64,000 nucleotides of DNA from an uncultured Acidobacteriota bacterium (GCA_963718845.1 CAVRAD010000017.1:403154-467153), one strand, 5' to 3'. Positions 49,414 through 59,648 are shown, numbered from the stretch's first letter. Translations and numbers: made by a program. Notes: generated by a model not told the origin, from the letters alone.

Positions 49414-51243
49414 ATGAACGCATCCATGTTACTATTGGCACCTGTCCTCTTTCCCCTGCTCCTTGCGGTTTTTGTGCTGCCTTTCTGCCGAAGAAATCCG
49501 AAAATCGGAGCGGCTCTGATTCTGCTTTCGGTCGTTGTTTCCGGGCTCGCATTTTGGATGGCGTCCGCATCTTCTCCCAAGGTGGAGTATTCGTGGGTTG
49601 AGTCTTTCACGCTGAGCTTCAGCCTGAACAGTTGGAAAACGTTTCTGCTCTGCTTCGTGTTCCTTTTCCAGCTCATGACAGCCATTTATTCGCTCGGCGC
49701 TCCCCGGCCGGCGCGCCCGCACTTGTACTCCTTTTCGCTGCTCCTGGCATTTTCCTCCGCTATGCCTGGTACTTCTGACCGACAACCTGCTGATTCTTCT
49801 TATTGGCTGGGAACTGTTCCTGGTTGCGCTGTATATGATGATTAACAGCGGAGGGGAAAAAGCCGAACCCGTGGCGCGCAAGGCTCTTGTGATCGGCGGG
49901 GCGAGCGACTTTCTGATGATCTTGGGATTGATGCTCTTTTTCTCTCTTGCCCCGGATCATACGATGAACGCCCGGATCGCAATCGCATCAAATCCGCTGG
50001 CCTTCTGGTCTTTCTTTCTGATCTTCCTGGGAGCTGGCGCTAAAGCCGGAATGTTCCCGTTTCACACATGGATCCCGGATGCCGCCCAGGTAATGCCTGC
50101 CTCCGGTTTTGCGGCGATGCCGGCTTCTCTGGAAAAAGTGCTGGGCATCTACTTTCTGTTTCGTGCTGACAAATCAGATGTTCGTTCTGGACGCGGTCGC
50201 GCGCAGCTGCATGTTCTGTCCTGGGCATCGCGACGGTCTTTGTGGCGATCGTCCCGGCACTGGTTGAAAAGGATTTGCGCAAAGTGCTGGCATTGACGGC
50301 GATTTCCCCGGTCGGCTTCATGCTTTGCGGGATGGCAGTCTCAGAAGCCGCCGGATTTGCCGGAGCGCTGCTGTATATGCTGACTCACGCGACCTACAAG
50401 TCGGCCATGTTTTTCTCACTGGGCAACTTTGAAGAAAAGGCCGGAGGCTCGCAACTGGACCAGCTTCTGGGGATTGCGCGCCGCATGCCGCTTTCGGCCA
50501 CAGCCTTCCTTATGGCGTTCGTGGCGGCGATTTCCCTGCCGCCTACGGGCGGATTCATGGCCAAGGAGCTTATCTTTGAAGGAGCTCTGGAAGGAAAGCA
50601 TATTCTTGTGCTGGCCTTCCTTATCGCCGGAGCGATCCTCAACGTGGCGGTCTTTTCCAAAGTCATCGCGGTGCTTTGGGCTCCGGGAGACGCCCGGAGA
50701 AACGAAGCCAACGGCGTGTGTGTCATTCCGGCAGTCATCCTGGGCGTTGCCGCTCTGGTCGGCGGCTTTTTCTTTCGCCGCGCCGGCGGGCTTCTGGGCG
50801 AAGTCACCGGCGCTCATGAATCGGGCTTGCTGTCCAGCGTGTGGCACTTCTCTCCCCTGACGATCGTCTCGCTGGCGATTTACACGCTGGGCTTCATGGT
50901 GTTTGCGGGGGCACGCAGCGGCCGCGAGAATGCTGCGGAAACGTTCAATCCGCTGGCAACATCTCCAGTTCTCGGCCCGGCCCTGCGCATGGCGAGAGAA
51001 AAGAAATTTGACGCGTATGACATCGGGCTGAAGGGGGTCGATTTCATAACCCGGATCGTGTTCCGCTACGTGGAGCGCATGATCGATGTGCTTGGCCAAT
51101 TCGTCATCCGCAGCGGCCGCTGGCTTTTGCGCCCGGTATTGAGCGGCGCCCATAACGGCATGTACGGCAATTACCTGTGCTGGACTGTCGCAGGTCTTAT
51201 TTTCGTGTTGTTTTACCTGTTCGGCTCCGCCCTCCTGGGCTGA
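49414..51243 (+). CDS. antiporter-like subunit 2 (NuoL/MrpA-like with C-terminal extension), about three frameshifts (near 49765, 50165, 50215)
   Basis: LLIGWELFLVALYMMI..., GAKAGMFPFHTWIPDAAQVMPASGFA..., LALTAISPVGFML..., THATYKSAMFFSLG. A long C-terminal segment is present (GLKGVDFITRIVFRYVERMIDV...). Confidence 0.75.
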
Positions 51244-51267
51244 CGGAGAATAGATTAAGAATTCGAG

Positions 51268-51323
51268 GGAGTCAGAATAACAGCAGATCCTTTTCATTCT
51301 GACTCCTGAATTCTGGCTCCTGA
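51268..51323. repeat. hairpin (GGAGTCAGAAT...ATTCTGACTCC) plus 14-nt direct repeat (ATTCTGACTCCTGA/ATTCTGGCTCCTGA)
   Basis: Read directly in the spacer between antiporter-like subunits 2 and 3. Confidence 0.6.
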
Positions 51324-51334
51324 CATTGAGGTTT

Positions 51335-52780
51335 ATGATGGAATCATACATAGTCTGGATCCTGCTGGTACCGCCCATCGCGGTTCTGCTTATGCCGTGG
51401 GCATCCCGTGCGGGCAAGTGGGCCGCAAACACCCTGGCGATCGCAGCGACGGGGCTTCTGCTGCTCTTTACCCTCCGGCTCATTCCTTCAATCGGGAACG
51501 GGCTGAGGTTCGAGATATTACGGAGCCCGGTTCGCACTGGATAGCGTCAGTCTCCTGTTTCTGGTGGTGGTCAATGCGGTTGCGTTCGCATGCATGATGT
51601 ATGCGACATCCTACATCGGCCATCTCGGAGGCCGGGGAAAGTTCTTTGCCCTGATGATAATCATGGTGTCTGGACTGAACGCGATGCTGCTGACGCGCGA
51701 CCTTTTCAGCCTGTACGTATTCCTCGAAGTGGCATCGATCGCGTCGTACGTGCTGGTTGCGTTCGGGCTCGAGATGACGGCATCGAATCGTCCATCAAAT
51801 ACCTGCTGCTTTCCGCGGTCGCGACGTCGATGATTCTGCTGGGGATCGCGCTGATCTACATGAACACCGGCACTTTGGAGTTTGACGCCTGAAGGGCGAT
51901 CCTGGCGGCCAGGGGGAGATCTTCCTGGAATATTCCTGCTGACGGCGGCGCTCTTCATCGGCGGCTTTGGACTGAAGGCCGCTCTGATGCCGTTCCACTG
52001 CCTGGCTGCCGGACGCGCACCCATCGGCGCCGGCCCCGATATCGGCCATGCTGAGCGGCGTCGTAATCAAGGTTGCAGGCGTCTACGCCCTGGCCCGCAT
52101 TTTCCTCTATATTTTCCCGGCGATCGGCCAGGTGCACGACATATTCCTGATCCTGGGGACGTTTTCGATGATTGCCGGTGCGGTGCTCGCCTACTTCCAG
52201 CGCGACTTCAAGCGCATGCTGGCATACTCGAGTATCAGCCAGATCGGCTACATCATGATCGGGCTCGGCCTTGGAAATCTGCTCGGGTCTGATCGGTGCG
52301 CTTTTCCATGTTTTCAACCACGCGCTTTTCAAATCCCTGCTCTTCTTGAACAGCGGCGCGGTCCAGTACGGCTGGGCACGCGCGACATCGAGGAAATGGG
52401 TGGGCTGGAGAACCGGATGCCGGTCACCAGCATTACGAGCGTATTCGGCACGCTTTCGATCGCCGGCGTGCCGCCTTTCAACGGGTTCTGCAGCAAGCTG
52501 TTCATCATCCTCGGGGCCCTGGCGGCGGGAAAGACTGCCATCGCCGTGCTCGCGATCCTGATGAGCATTTTCACACTCGGGTATTTCCTCATCATTCAGC
52601 GCAAAGTGTTCTTCGGGAAAGCTCAACGAAAAATGGCAGGACATCCGCGAAGCTCCCTTTGCCATGTCGTGTGCCGTCATTCTCCTGGCTGCCGCATGCA
52701 TTCTGAGCGGGATCTTTTTCCAATCCGTCACACGCGGCATCGTGGAACCGGCGGCCTTGATTTTACTGGGAGGCAAATAG
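51335..52780 (+). CDS. antiporter-like subunit 3 (NuoM/MrpD family), about nine frame changes
   Basis: My reconstruction across all three frames: ...FALDSVSLLFLVVVNAVAFACMMYATSYIG..., SLYVFLEVASIASYVLVAFG..., GLKAALMPFH.WLPDAHPSAPAPISAMLSGVVIKVAGVYALARIF..., MLAYSSISQIGYIMIGLGLG..., ALFHVFNHALFKSLLFL..., ends ...IVEPAALILLGGK*. Confidence 0.75.
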
Positions 52781-52781
52781 G

Positions 52782-53268
52782 ATGCTGCTTTGGATTCTTC
52801 TGGGATTGCTGGTCTTGCTCTCCATCGGCTGCTGTATATTTCAGGATCTGCTGTATGTCGCGGTTGCCTGGCGACGGTTTCCGCGATTCTGGCGCTCGTG
52901 CTATTCCATTCGGCGCCAACATCGCCGGGGTTTTTGAATTGAGCGTCTGCGCCGGGCTGATTACGGTGCTTTTCATTGCCACGGTCAGTCTGACCAAGGA
53001 TTCCGACCAAAAAGTGGAGACGCGGCTGCCGGCCTACTTCGTCCCCCTGGTTGTGCTGATTTTCATCGGCATGGACTATTTCATCATGCAGTGGCTGGCG
53101 CATTCGGTGCTGCCGCTGGTGACGCCGACGCGTCGGGGACATTTCAGAAGGTGTTCTGGGAAATCAGGAGTGCCGACATCCTCGGCCAGATTGGCCTGAT
53201 ACTGGCGCGGCGTCTTCGGAATCCTTTCCCTATTCCGCCTCGCGGGGAAGGAGAAAAAACATGAATAA
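52782..53268 (+). CDS. MrpB/MnhB-like membrane subunit (MbhD/E/F-like), about four frame changes
   Basis: Reconstructed: MLLWILLGLLVLLSIGCCIFQDLLYVAVA..ATVSAILALVLFHSAPNIAGVFELSVCAGLITVLFIATVSL...VFWEIRSADILGQIGLILAGVFGILSLFRLAGKEKKHE*. The AP..A..E..V.AG..TVLF and R..D.LG motifs are MnhB-like. Confidence 0.6.
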
Positions 53269-53570
53269 CGAAATCTTCCTTTTATTGAGCTGCGGCATTG
53301 CTGGTGTTGATGCGGGCGTCTATATACTCATCCTGTACCGCAATCTCCTGCGCTTGATCATTGGAGTGGAGATCATTGCAAAAGGCGTCACTTTGGTATT
53401 TCTCGCGGCCGGGGATCCATCGTCAGGATGTCGGCTTCATACAATCGCTGATCGTCACATTTATCATCGTCGAAACAGTCCTGGCCGCCATCATGCTGGC
53501 ACTGGCCGTCCGGGCGCAGAAAATATACGGTTCGCTGGACATTCGCAATTTATCCAAACTGAGGGGATAA
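53261..53570 (+). CDS. MrpC/NuoK-like membrane subunit (HyfE/MbhG-like), one frameshift near 53412
   Basis: MNNEIFLLLSCGIAGVDAGVYILILYRNLLRLIIGVEIIAKGVTLVFLAAG joins to ...FIQSLIVTFIIVETVLAAIMLALAVRAQKIYGSLD. The ATG overlaps the upstream stop. Confidence 0.65.
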
Positions 53571-53572
53571 CA

Positions 53573-53903
53573 ATGGATCTGTCGATACTTTTATCACCAC
53601 CGGTGGCTTTCCTTGTATGCCTCGGCTCAGCGCCGGCATTTACGGTTCGGCCACTGGTGGAAGAGAAAGGCCGTGCCGGTAAAGGGCAAATACGAACCCT
53701 ATGCCTGCGGTGAGAATTACAAAGCCGAAAAGTTCCATTTCGGATACAGGAAATTCTACATTGCGGCCATCTTTTTCACCATCATGCATGTAGCGGTCCT
53801 GACGATTGCAACGGTACCCGGCGGCGCCGGCGCCTATCGCGCCCTGATTTACCTGGGGGCGATTGCAGCTTCCATTTCCTGTATCTATATGGAATTCGAT
53901 TAG
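53573..53903 (+). CDS. small membrane subunit, NuoA-like, one frameshift near 53655
   Basis: MDLSILLSPPVAFLVCLG..., then KGKYEPYACGENYKAEKFHFGYRKFYIAAIFFTIMHVAVL. Compare the NuoA K..YECG....F.v.FYlvAilFliFDvE pattern. The assignment is tentative. Confidence 0.45.
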
Positions 53904-53984
53904 AAGCTCGTGGATTCCGAGAGACGTCGGGAGTCCGAATCCGGAAGTCAGAATGCGCAGTTCATCAGTAAACTCAGAGGCCAT

Positions 53985-54418
53985 ATGCTGGAAAAACTCA
54001 AGACTTGGGCCAGGGTAAAATCTCCCTGGATTTTGCATTTCAACTCGGGGGCCTGCAATGGCTGCGACATTGAGATCCTCGCGGCCCTGATGCCCCATTA
54101 CGATCTGGAACGGTTCGGCGTTCTTCTGAAAGCCTCGCCGCGCCACGCCGATATCCTGGTGTGCAGCGGGCCGGTAACAAAGCAGATCGCGAAGCGCCTG
54201 CGCCGCATCTATGACCAGATGCCGGAACCCAAGTTTGTCGTTGCGGTCGGCGCCTGTGCCTGCAGCGGCGGCGCATTTCGCGGCTGCTACAACGTGATGG
54301 AAGGGATCGACAGGTCATCCCGGTTTCAGCATACATTCCCGGATGCCCCATAAGACCGGAAGCGATCATCGACGGCGTGGCCAAGCTGCTCGGCAGCCTG
54401 CAGAAGAAGACTGCGTAA
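53985..54418 (+). CDS. [NiFe]-hydrogenase small subunit, group 4 (NuoB/HycG/MbhJ-like), one frameshift near 54312
   Basis: MLEKLKTWARVKSPWILHFNSGACNGCDIEILAA..., PKFVVAVGACACSGGAF... After the frame change: VIPVSAYIPGCPIRPEAIIDGV. All four cluster cysteine positions are present. Confidence 0.85.
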
Positions 54419-54426
54419 AAGGAGGA

Positions 54427-56095
54427 ATGACCATGACAGTGGATTTTGAAGCAAGATTGAAGGAGGCATTCCCCAACTCGGGTAACCCTCGGATCAAACG
54501 GCCGATTCTGGGTTGCACTGACTCCGGATGGATTGATTCCGGCCGTTATCGACCCTGCGCGAGAAGTTCTCGCATCGTCCAGCTGGCCGTTATCGTCGGC
54601 GAAGATGTGCGCGACGCGTTTCTGGTGCAATTACATATTCACCGGCGAAAAAGTCGTCGTGCTGCAGGTCCGGATAGACCACGAAAAACCAGAAGTCCCG
54701 ACACTGGCCGACATATGCCCGGCGCCATCGTCTACGAACGGGAACTGAAGGACCTGTTCGGCATCAATCCGGTCGGGCATCCCGACCTCCGACGCCAGGC
54801 CGTGCCCGAAGAATGGCCGGAAGGCGTTTACCCGCTGCGCAAAGATGTGCAATTCAACAAAACAGAGGAATCTGAGCAAAGGAGGCAAAATAACATGGAT
54901 GAATCGACCTTTCGCATACCCATAGGCCCGCAGCATCCGTTCCTGAAGGAACCGGCCAAATTTGATTTCGACATCCACGGAGAAGAGATCGTCGGCGCCC
55001 GCATGAACATCGGGTACAACCACCGTGGAATCGAAAAAGCCTGCGAAGAACGGAATTATTACCAGTGCCTTTACCTCCTCGAGCGCATCTGCGGCATCTG
55101 CTCCCACTCCCACACGACCGCGTTTGTTCAGGCGGTCGAAGAAATCATGAACCTGGAAGTGCCCCGGCGCGGGCTTTATCTGCGCACGCTGGTTTGCGAA
55201 CTGGAACGGCTGCACAGTCATCTGCTCTGGCTTGGCGTCGCGGCCCATGAGGTCGGTTTCGACTCGATGTTCATGCTGGTCTGGCGCGACCGTGAACTCG
55301 TCATGGATATCCTGGAGGAGATCAGCGGAAACCGGGTCAACTACGCAATCAACACGATCGGCGGAGTGCGGCGCGACCTTACCGACGCGCAGCGCAACAA
55401 AGATCCTGAAGCATGCTTGGCATCCTCAAACAGCGGCTCGACTACTACGTCCACATCGGCACCAACGAACCCAGTTTCGTGGGTCGCATCCAGGGCGTCG
55501 GCAAACTGCCTCCAAACGCGCGGCCGAGATGTGCGTGGTCGGGCCTTTTGCCCGGGCCAGCGCAGTAGATACCGATATCCGCCGCGACGACCCATACGCC
55601 GCCTACCGGGAGCTCGATTTCAAGGTAATCACGCACGACTCGGGCGATATTTACGGCCGCGTGATCGTGCGCGTCTTGGAGATCGTAGAATCCTGCAAAA
55701 TGATCGAACAGCTGCTGACAAACCTTCCCGAAGGGGACATCGTCGCACCCAAAGTGTCGCGCAAAGCACCCGCCGGCGTTGCCGTCAGCCGCTACGAGGC
55801 CCCGCGCGGGGAAGACGTCCACTTCGTCCGCGGCAACGGCACGGACAAGCCGGAGCGGGTCCGGGTTCGCGCCCCCACGATGGCAAATCTCGAGGCGGCC
55901 ACCGAATCGGTCATCGGTTCCTACGTAGCCGACATCCCGATCGCGATCGCATCCATCGACCCGTGCTTCTCGTGCACGGACCGCATGGCAATCGTGCTCC
56001 GCGATCGCAAGAACGGAACCCGGGTCACCACATGGGAAGAACTGCGCCGCTACGGCATTGATTGGTACGGCAAAAACAAAGGGATCCGTTTCTGA
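54427..56095 (+). CDS. [NiFe]-hydrogenase large subunit, group 4, HycE-like NuoC-NuoD fusion, about seven frame changes
   Basis: NuoC-like part: ...EKVVVLQVRIDHEKPEVPTLADICPGAIVYERELKDLFGINPVGHPDLRR. NuoD-like part: MNIGYNHRGIEK...LLERICGICSHSHTTAF (L1 Ni motif) ...VVGPFARAS...PRGEDVHFV...ASIDPCFSCTDR (L2 Ni motif). No stop separates the two parts in the sequenced frame; total about 556 aa. Confidence 0.85.
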
Positions 56096-56111
56096 TCCTG
56101 GGGGGGAGTGA

Positions 56112-57079
56112 ATGGAAGTCATCAAGCCAATTTTGTATATCCTGGTGTTCCCCGGTTTTGCTTTCCAGTTCGTCTTTTCGACTTACCTGGAATGGATGGA
56201 CCGGAAACTCTATGCGCGCATGCAGAACCGGCGCGGCCCGCTGTACACCGGCTATCAGGGCATCCTTCAGCCGTGGCCGATATATTCAAGCTCTTCTTCA
56301 AGGAAGATATCGTTCCGGCCGGTGCCGACCGCTTCATGTTCAGCCTTATGCCGATCCTGGGACTTGCCGCGGTGGTAACAGCCGGGCTGTATATCCCCGT
56401 GTGGTTTTTCACGCCGTACAATTCATTTGAAGGCGACCTGATCGTCGTGCTCTATCTGCTCTCGATCCCCACACTGGTGCTGTTTCTCGCAGGCTGGTTT
56501 TCTGTCAGCCCCTTCAGCCTGATCGGGGCGACGCGCGTTCTTACGCAGCTGTTCGCCTATGAAGTCCCGTTTTTCCTTGCCCTGCTGACTCCGGCCGTGG
56601 TTGCCGGAAGCTGGAAGATCCAGAAAATCGCGGCATTCCCCTGGACCAGCGGCGCCTGGTGGGTCATCCCGCTCCAGATACCGGCATTCGTGGTAGCGCT
56701 GCTGACTCTGCAGGCGAAGCTTGAGCGCGTTCCGTTCGATATCCCCGAGGCCGAGACCGAAGTAGTCGGGGGACCGTTGACGGAATACAGCGGCAAAAAG
56801 CTGGCGATGTTCCGGATTCAGAAAGATATCTTGATGCTGGTCGGCTCGGCATTCATCGCGGCTCTGTTCCTTGGCGGCTTCCTGGGCGGGATCTGGCTGG
56901 GCGGGCTGCAGCTTATGATAAAAACGATTTTCATCGTCTTCCTGCTCAGCGTCATCCGGGCGGCATTCGCCCGGATCCGAATAGACCAGATCGTGACTTT
57001 CAGCTGGAAATACCTGGCGCCCGTGAGCCTGATCCAGCTTTTGATCGTTCTTCTCCTCAAAGGAAATGGAGTATTTTAA
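56112..57079 (+). CDS. membrane subunit NuoH/HycD/MbhM-like, one frameshift near 56270
   Basis: MEVIKPILYILVFPGFAFQFVFSTYLEWMDRKLYARMQNRRGP... joins to ADIFKLFFKEDIVP...ERVPFDIPEAETEVVGGPLTEYSG. Confidence 0.8.
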
Positions 57080-57081
57080 TT

Positions 57082-57480
57082 ATGGTAGCAGGTGTATTTA
57101 TCCCCGAGCTGTTAAGCAATTTGGCCGAAACCCCGGCGACGCGCGGATATCCCTTCACAAAAGCTCTGGTTGCCGAAGGATTCCGCGGCACGCCGCGCAT
57201 GAGACCCGGCCTCTGCGTCGGATGCCAGGCTTGTGTGCGCGATTGCACATCGGAAGCAATTGAAATCCTGTTGAAACCGCCCAGCCCGTCTGATCCCCCG
57301 CTGGAAGAAGGGAAGAAGCCGGCGAAGAAGTTCCAGATGATTCTTTATCTGGACCGATGCATTCATTGTGCCCGCTGCGCCGAGGTTTGTCCCAAAGACG
57401 CGATCTATCTCGACCAGGAATTCGAAGTCGCAAATTTTACCCGCGAGCCTTGCGGCTTGTGTTTGAATAGGATTCCGGAT
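57082..57480 (+). CDS. 2x[4Fe-4S] ferredoxin subunit NuoI/HycF/MbhN-like (3' end uncertain)
   Basis: CVGCQACVRDC and CIHCARCAEVCP motifs. The sequenced frame reads through a heptamer array into the next gene (track ORF 57082..57744), so the true stop is probably lost to an indel near 57450-57480. Confidence 0.7.
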
Positions 57481-57497
57481 TCCGGCTTCCAGATCCT
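57470..57497. repeat. short heptamer array (GGATTCC GGATTCC GGCTTCC AGATCCT)
   Basis: Read directly at the NuoI-like / protease junction. Confidence 0.4.
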
Positions 57498-57508
57498 CGA
57501 AATTCGAG

Positions 57509-57978
57509 ATGGTGAATATAGACACGCTTTCAGAAATTTTAAAGACCCGTCCCCTATTGCTGCTGGGGATGGGCAATCCTTTGCGCGGGGACGATGCCAT
57601 AGGGCATCTGCTCGCGGAAGAGTTGGAACCCCTCAATCGCGAGGGGTTCCAGGCCCACGCCGTGGGAACGGCAGTCGAAAACGCCATGCGCTGGGTTCGC
57701 GAAACCGCCGGCGGGACACTCCTTCTGGTGGATGCCGTATTTGACGAAACGCTCGCAGAAGGATCCTGGGCTTTCTATCCACCAAGCAGCTCGATTCCAT
57801 CTGCCATTCCACGCATTCCATCCCGCTCTCCATGCTGATTTCCTACTGGCAAAAGGAAGTGCCTGCCCTTCAAGTATATTTTCTCGGTATCAGCATCCGC
57901 AGCAGCATGGATATGGCCCCGTTATCCCCAACTCTGCGGCAAACTCTTCAATCTTTGAAATCACTCTTTCACGAATAG
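57509..57978 (+). CDS. hycI: hydrogenase maturation endopeptidase (HycI/HyaD family), one frameshift near 57790
   Basis: PLLLLGMGNPLRGDDAIGHLLAEEL...LLLVDAV... After the frame change: QLDSICHSTHSIPLSMLISYW...VYFLGI. Confidence 0.75.
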
Positions 57979-58035
57979 CTAAATTAGCTGGACAACTGTT
58001 TCTTGATATATATGAAGCCAGATTAGCGACAGTAA

Positions 58036-58470
58036 TCAGAAAACCAACGGCACAATGCGTTTCGTTCGGGCAGCATAGTTTGCATATTCAGGGTATCGCT
58101 CCAGGAGCAGGCTCTCCTCGGCTCTCACGCGCATTCCGGCGCCTACACTGAGAAGCAGCGCCATAGCTACCGAAAAAACGGACAGGTGTCCCAGGCTGCT
58201 CGCCCAGGCAAAGAGGCAAACGCTTGCATAGATTGGGTGCCGGATGAACCGGTACGGCCCATCCGTAACAAGCCCGCCGTCGGTTGGCGTCGCACTTGCA
58301 TGAAAACTGCGTCGCCCGAACGTCACGCGCGCCCAGAGCATGAGAAAAACCGCAAGCACCTGACAGGCAATCACCAACGGGGTCGCGGACACAATAACCC
58401 GACCGGCAATCAATCCCGCAAGTCCTGCGACCATCAGCATGAATCCGATTCTGGATTGTGAGGTTCTCAC
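58036..58470 (-). CDS. isoprenylcysteine carboxyl methyltransferase (ICMT/PEMT) family membrane protein
   Basis: 144 aa: GPYRFIRHPIYASVCLFAWA...EESLLLERYPEYANYAARTKRIVP. Confidence 0.6.
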   Translation of the reverse strand: MRTSQSRIGFMLMVAGLAGLIAGRVIVSATPLVIACQVLAVFLMLWARVTFGRRSFHASATPTDGGLVTDGPYRFIRHPIYASVCLFAWASSLGHLSVFSVAMALLLSVGAGMRVRAEESLLLERYPEYANYAARTKRIVPLVF

Positions 58471-58732
58471 ATCTGACTCCCCAAATGAGAGGTTAAACTT
58501 GAATTACATAAAATTTCATCGCGGAGAGGCTGCCGATTGCCCCTGCATTTCGTGCAACCATAGTGCATCAATAAGGTTTTGATTTCCTTAACAAAAGTTG
58601 GAAATGCACGATCGAAAGGCCGAAGAATAAATCTAATTATCTATATCAGTTTACGCGAGGCCTTGAATCGGGATATATTGGATCGATGCGTCTACATGTC
58701 TTCGGCTGAATTGTATAAGGAGATGAAATCCA

Positions 58733-59599
58733 ATGTTTTCTCACGCGTACAGGAAAAGGAATTTGCTCTTATTATTAGCTTTAATCGTATCCCTTTGCCT
58801 TGCGCCGGCCGCTTCCAGCCAAGAAGCACCTGATCTCAAAAGTTTGCCAATTCCTCCGGACCTTAAATCTCAGGTCCAGCTATCCATTGACTTGGGTCGT
58901 GAACTCTATTGGCAGGACAAGGCATCGGCGATCGGCACAGACGCCCTAATGGAAAAACTCGGCACATTGGAGGGAAAGGGGCTGATCGGATATATAACTG
59001 TGCGGGAAGGAAACGATGTTGGCAAACCGTTGCCATCGTTTTTGGTGCTGTTCTTCACTGGGGGCGATTTCCCCAAAATTTCATATCGAATACGCGTCCC
59101 TATGGTGCAGGGGCAAAAGCCTCAGGTGGAGGCCTTGCCGGTTGCTGAAGAGCCGAATGCAGGGATTTTGAATCTGTTCCGCGCTCGGCAAACCGCACTT
59201 AAGGCTTTGCAGCCTTTTCACCAGCCCATCAACCCAGTAGTTCTTCCGGCAGAAGCAGTTGGGCAAAAGGGAGTGCTTGTGGAACTGCTTGCCGGCACGA
59301 ACAAACCGGATATCGTGGTGTTGGGGAAACACTACAGGGTCATTGTCAGCGAAGATGGTCGCCAAGTGCAGCAAGTTATGCCGCTTTCCAAAACGATGCT
59401 AGAACTCAAAAAGGACAACAACACCGTTGCGCTCTTTGTGACACACCTCGTGACAGATTATCCTTTGGAAACTCACGTATTCGCCAGCATGCTTAATAAT
59501 ATTGATATCTGCGTTGGAACACAGAGAGGGATTTGGCTAGTCAAGAAGGACGCCATAGCTCTTAGCTCTCTGGACGTGCCCGGCAAGAAAAACAAGTAA
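58733..59599 (+). CDS. hypothetical secreted protein
   Basis: 288 aa with a signal peptide (NLLLLLALIVSLCLAPAASSQ) and AAGGAG upstream. I recognise no family. Confidence 0.45.
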   Translation: MFSHAYRKRNLLLLLALIVSLCLAPAASSQEAPDLKSLPIPPDLKSQVQLSIDLGRELYWQDKASAIGTDALMEKLGTLEGKGLIGYITVREGNDVGKPLPSFLVLFFTGGDFPKISYRIRVPMVQGQKPQVEALPVAEEPNAGILNLFRARQTALKALQPFHQPINPVVLPAEAVGQKGVLVELLAGTNKPDIVVLGKHYRVIVSEDGRQVQQVMPLSKTMLELKKDNNTVALFVTHLVTDYPLETHVFASMLNNIDICVGTQRGIWLVKKDAIALSSLDVPGKKNK

Positions 59600-59616
59600 T
59601 GCAAAGCAGGGAGGAG

Positions 59617-59646
59617 TCTGGAATCTGGAATTTGGAATCGATTCGG
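59617..59646. repeat. heptamer array (TCTGGAA TCTGGAA TTTGGAA) ending in palindrome GAATCGATTC
   Basis: Read directly between convergent genes. Confidence 0.7.
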
Positions 59647-59648
59647 CG

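Noticed and set aside
51890-51892. In-frame TGA in antiporter-like subunit 3 as a selenocysteine or recoding site.
   Set aside because: It is not at a catalytic position and no SECIS-like context was recognised. A compensating pair of homopolymer-length errors 8 nt apart explains it fully.
54880-54898. AGGAGG plus ATG at the NuoC/NuoD junction, suggesting two separate genes.
   Set aside because: No stop codon precedes the ATG in the sequenced frame, and the combined length (about 556 aa) matches HycE-type fused large subunits. Given the indel load, a lost stop cannot be excluded, so the fusion call is not certain.
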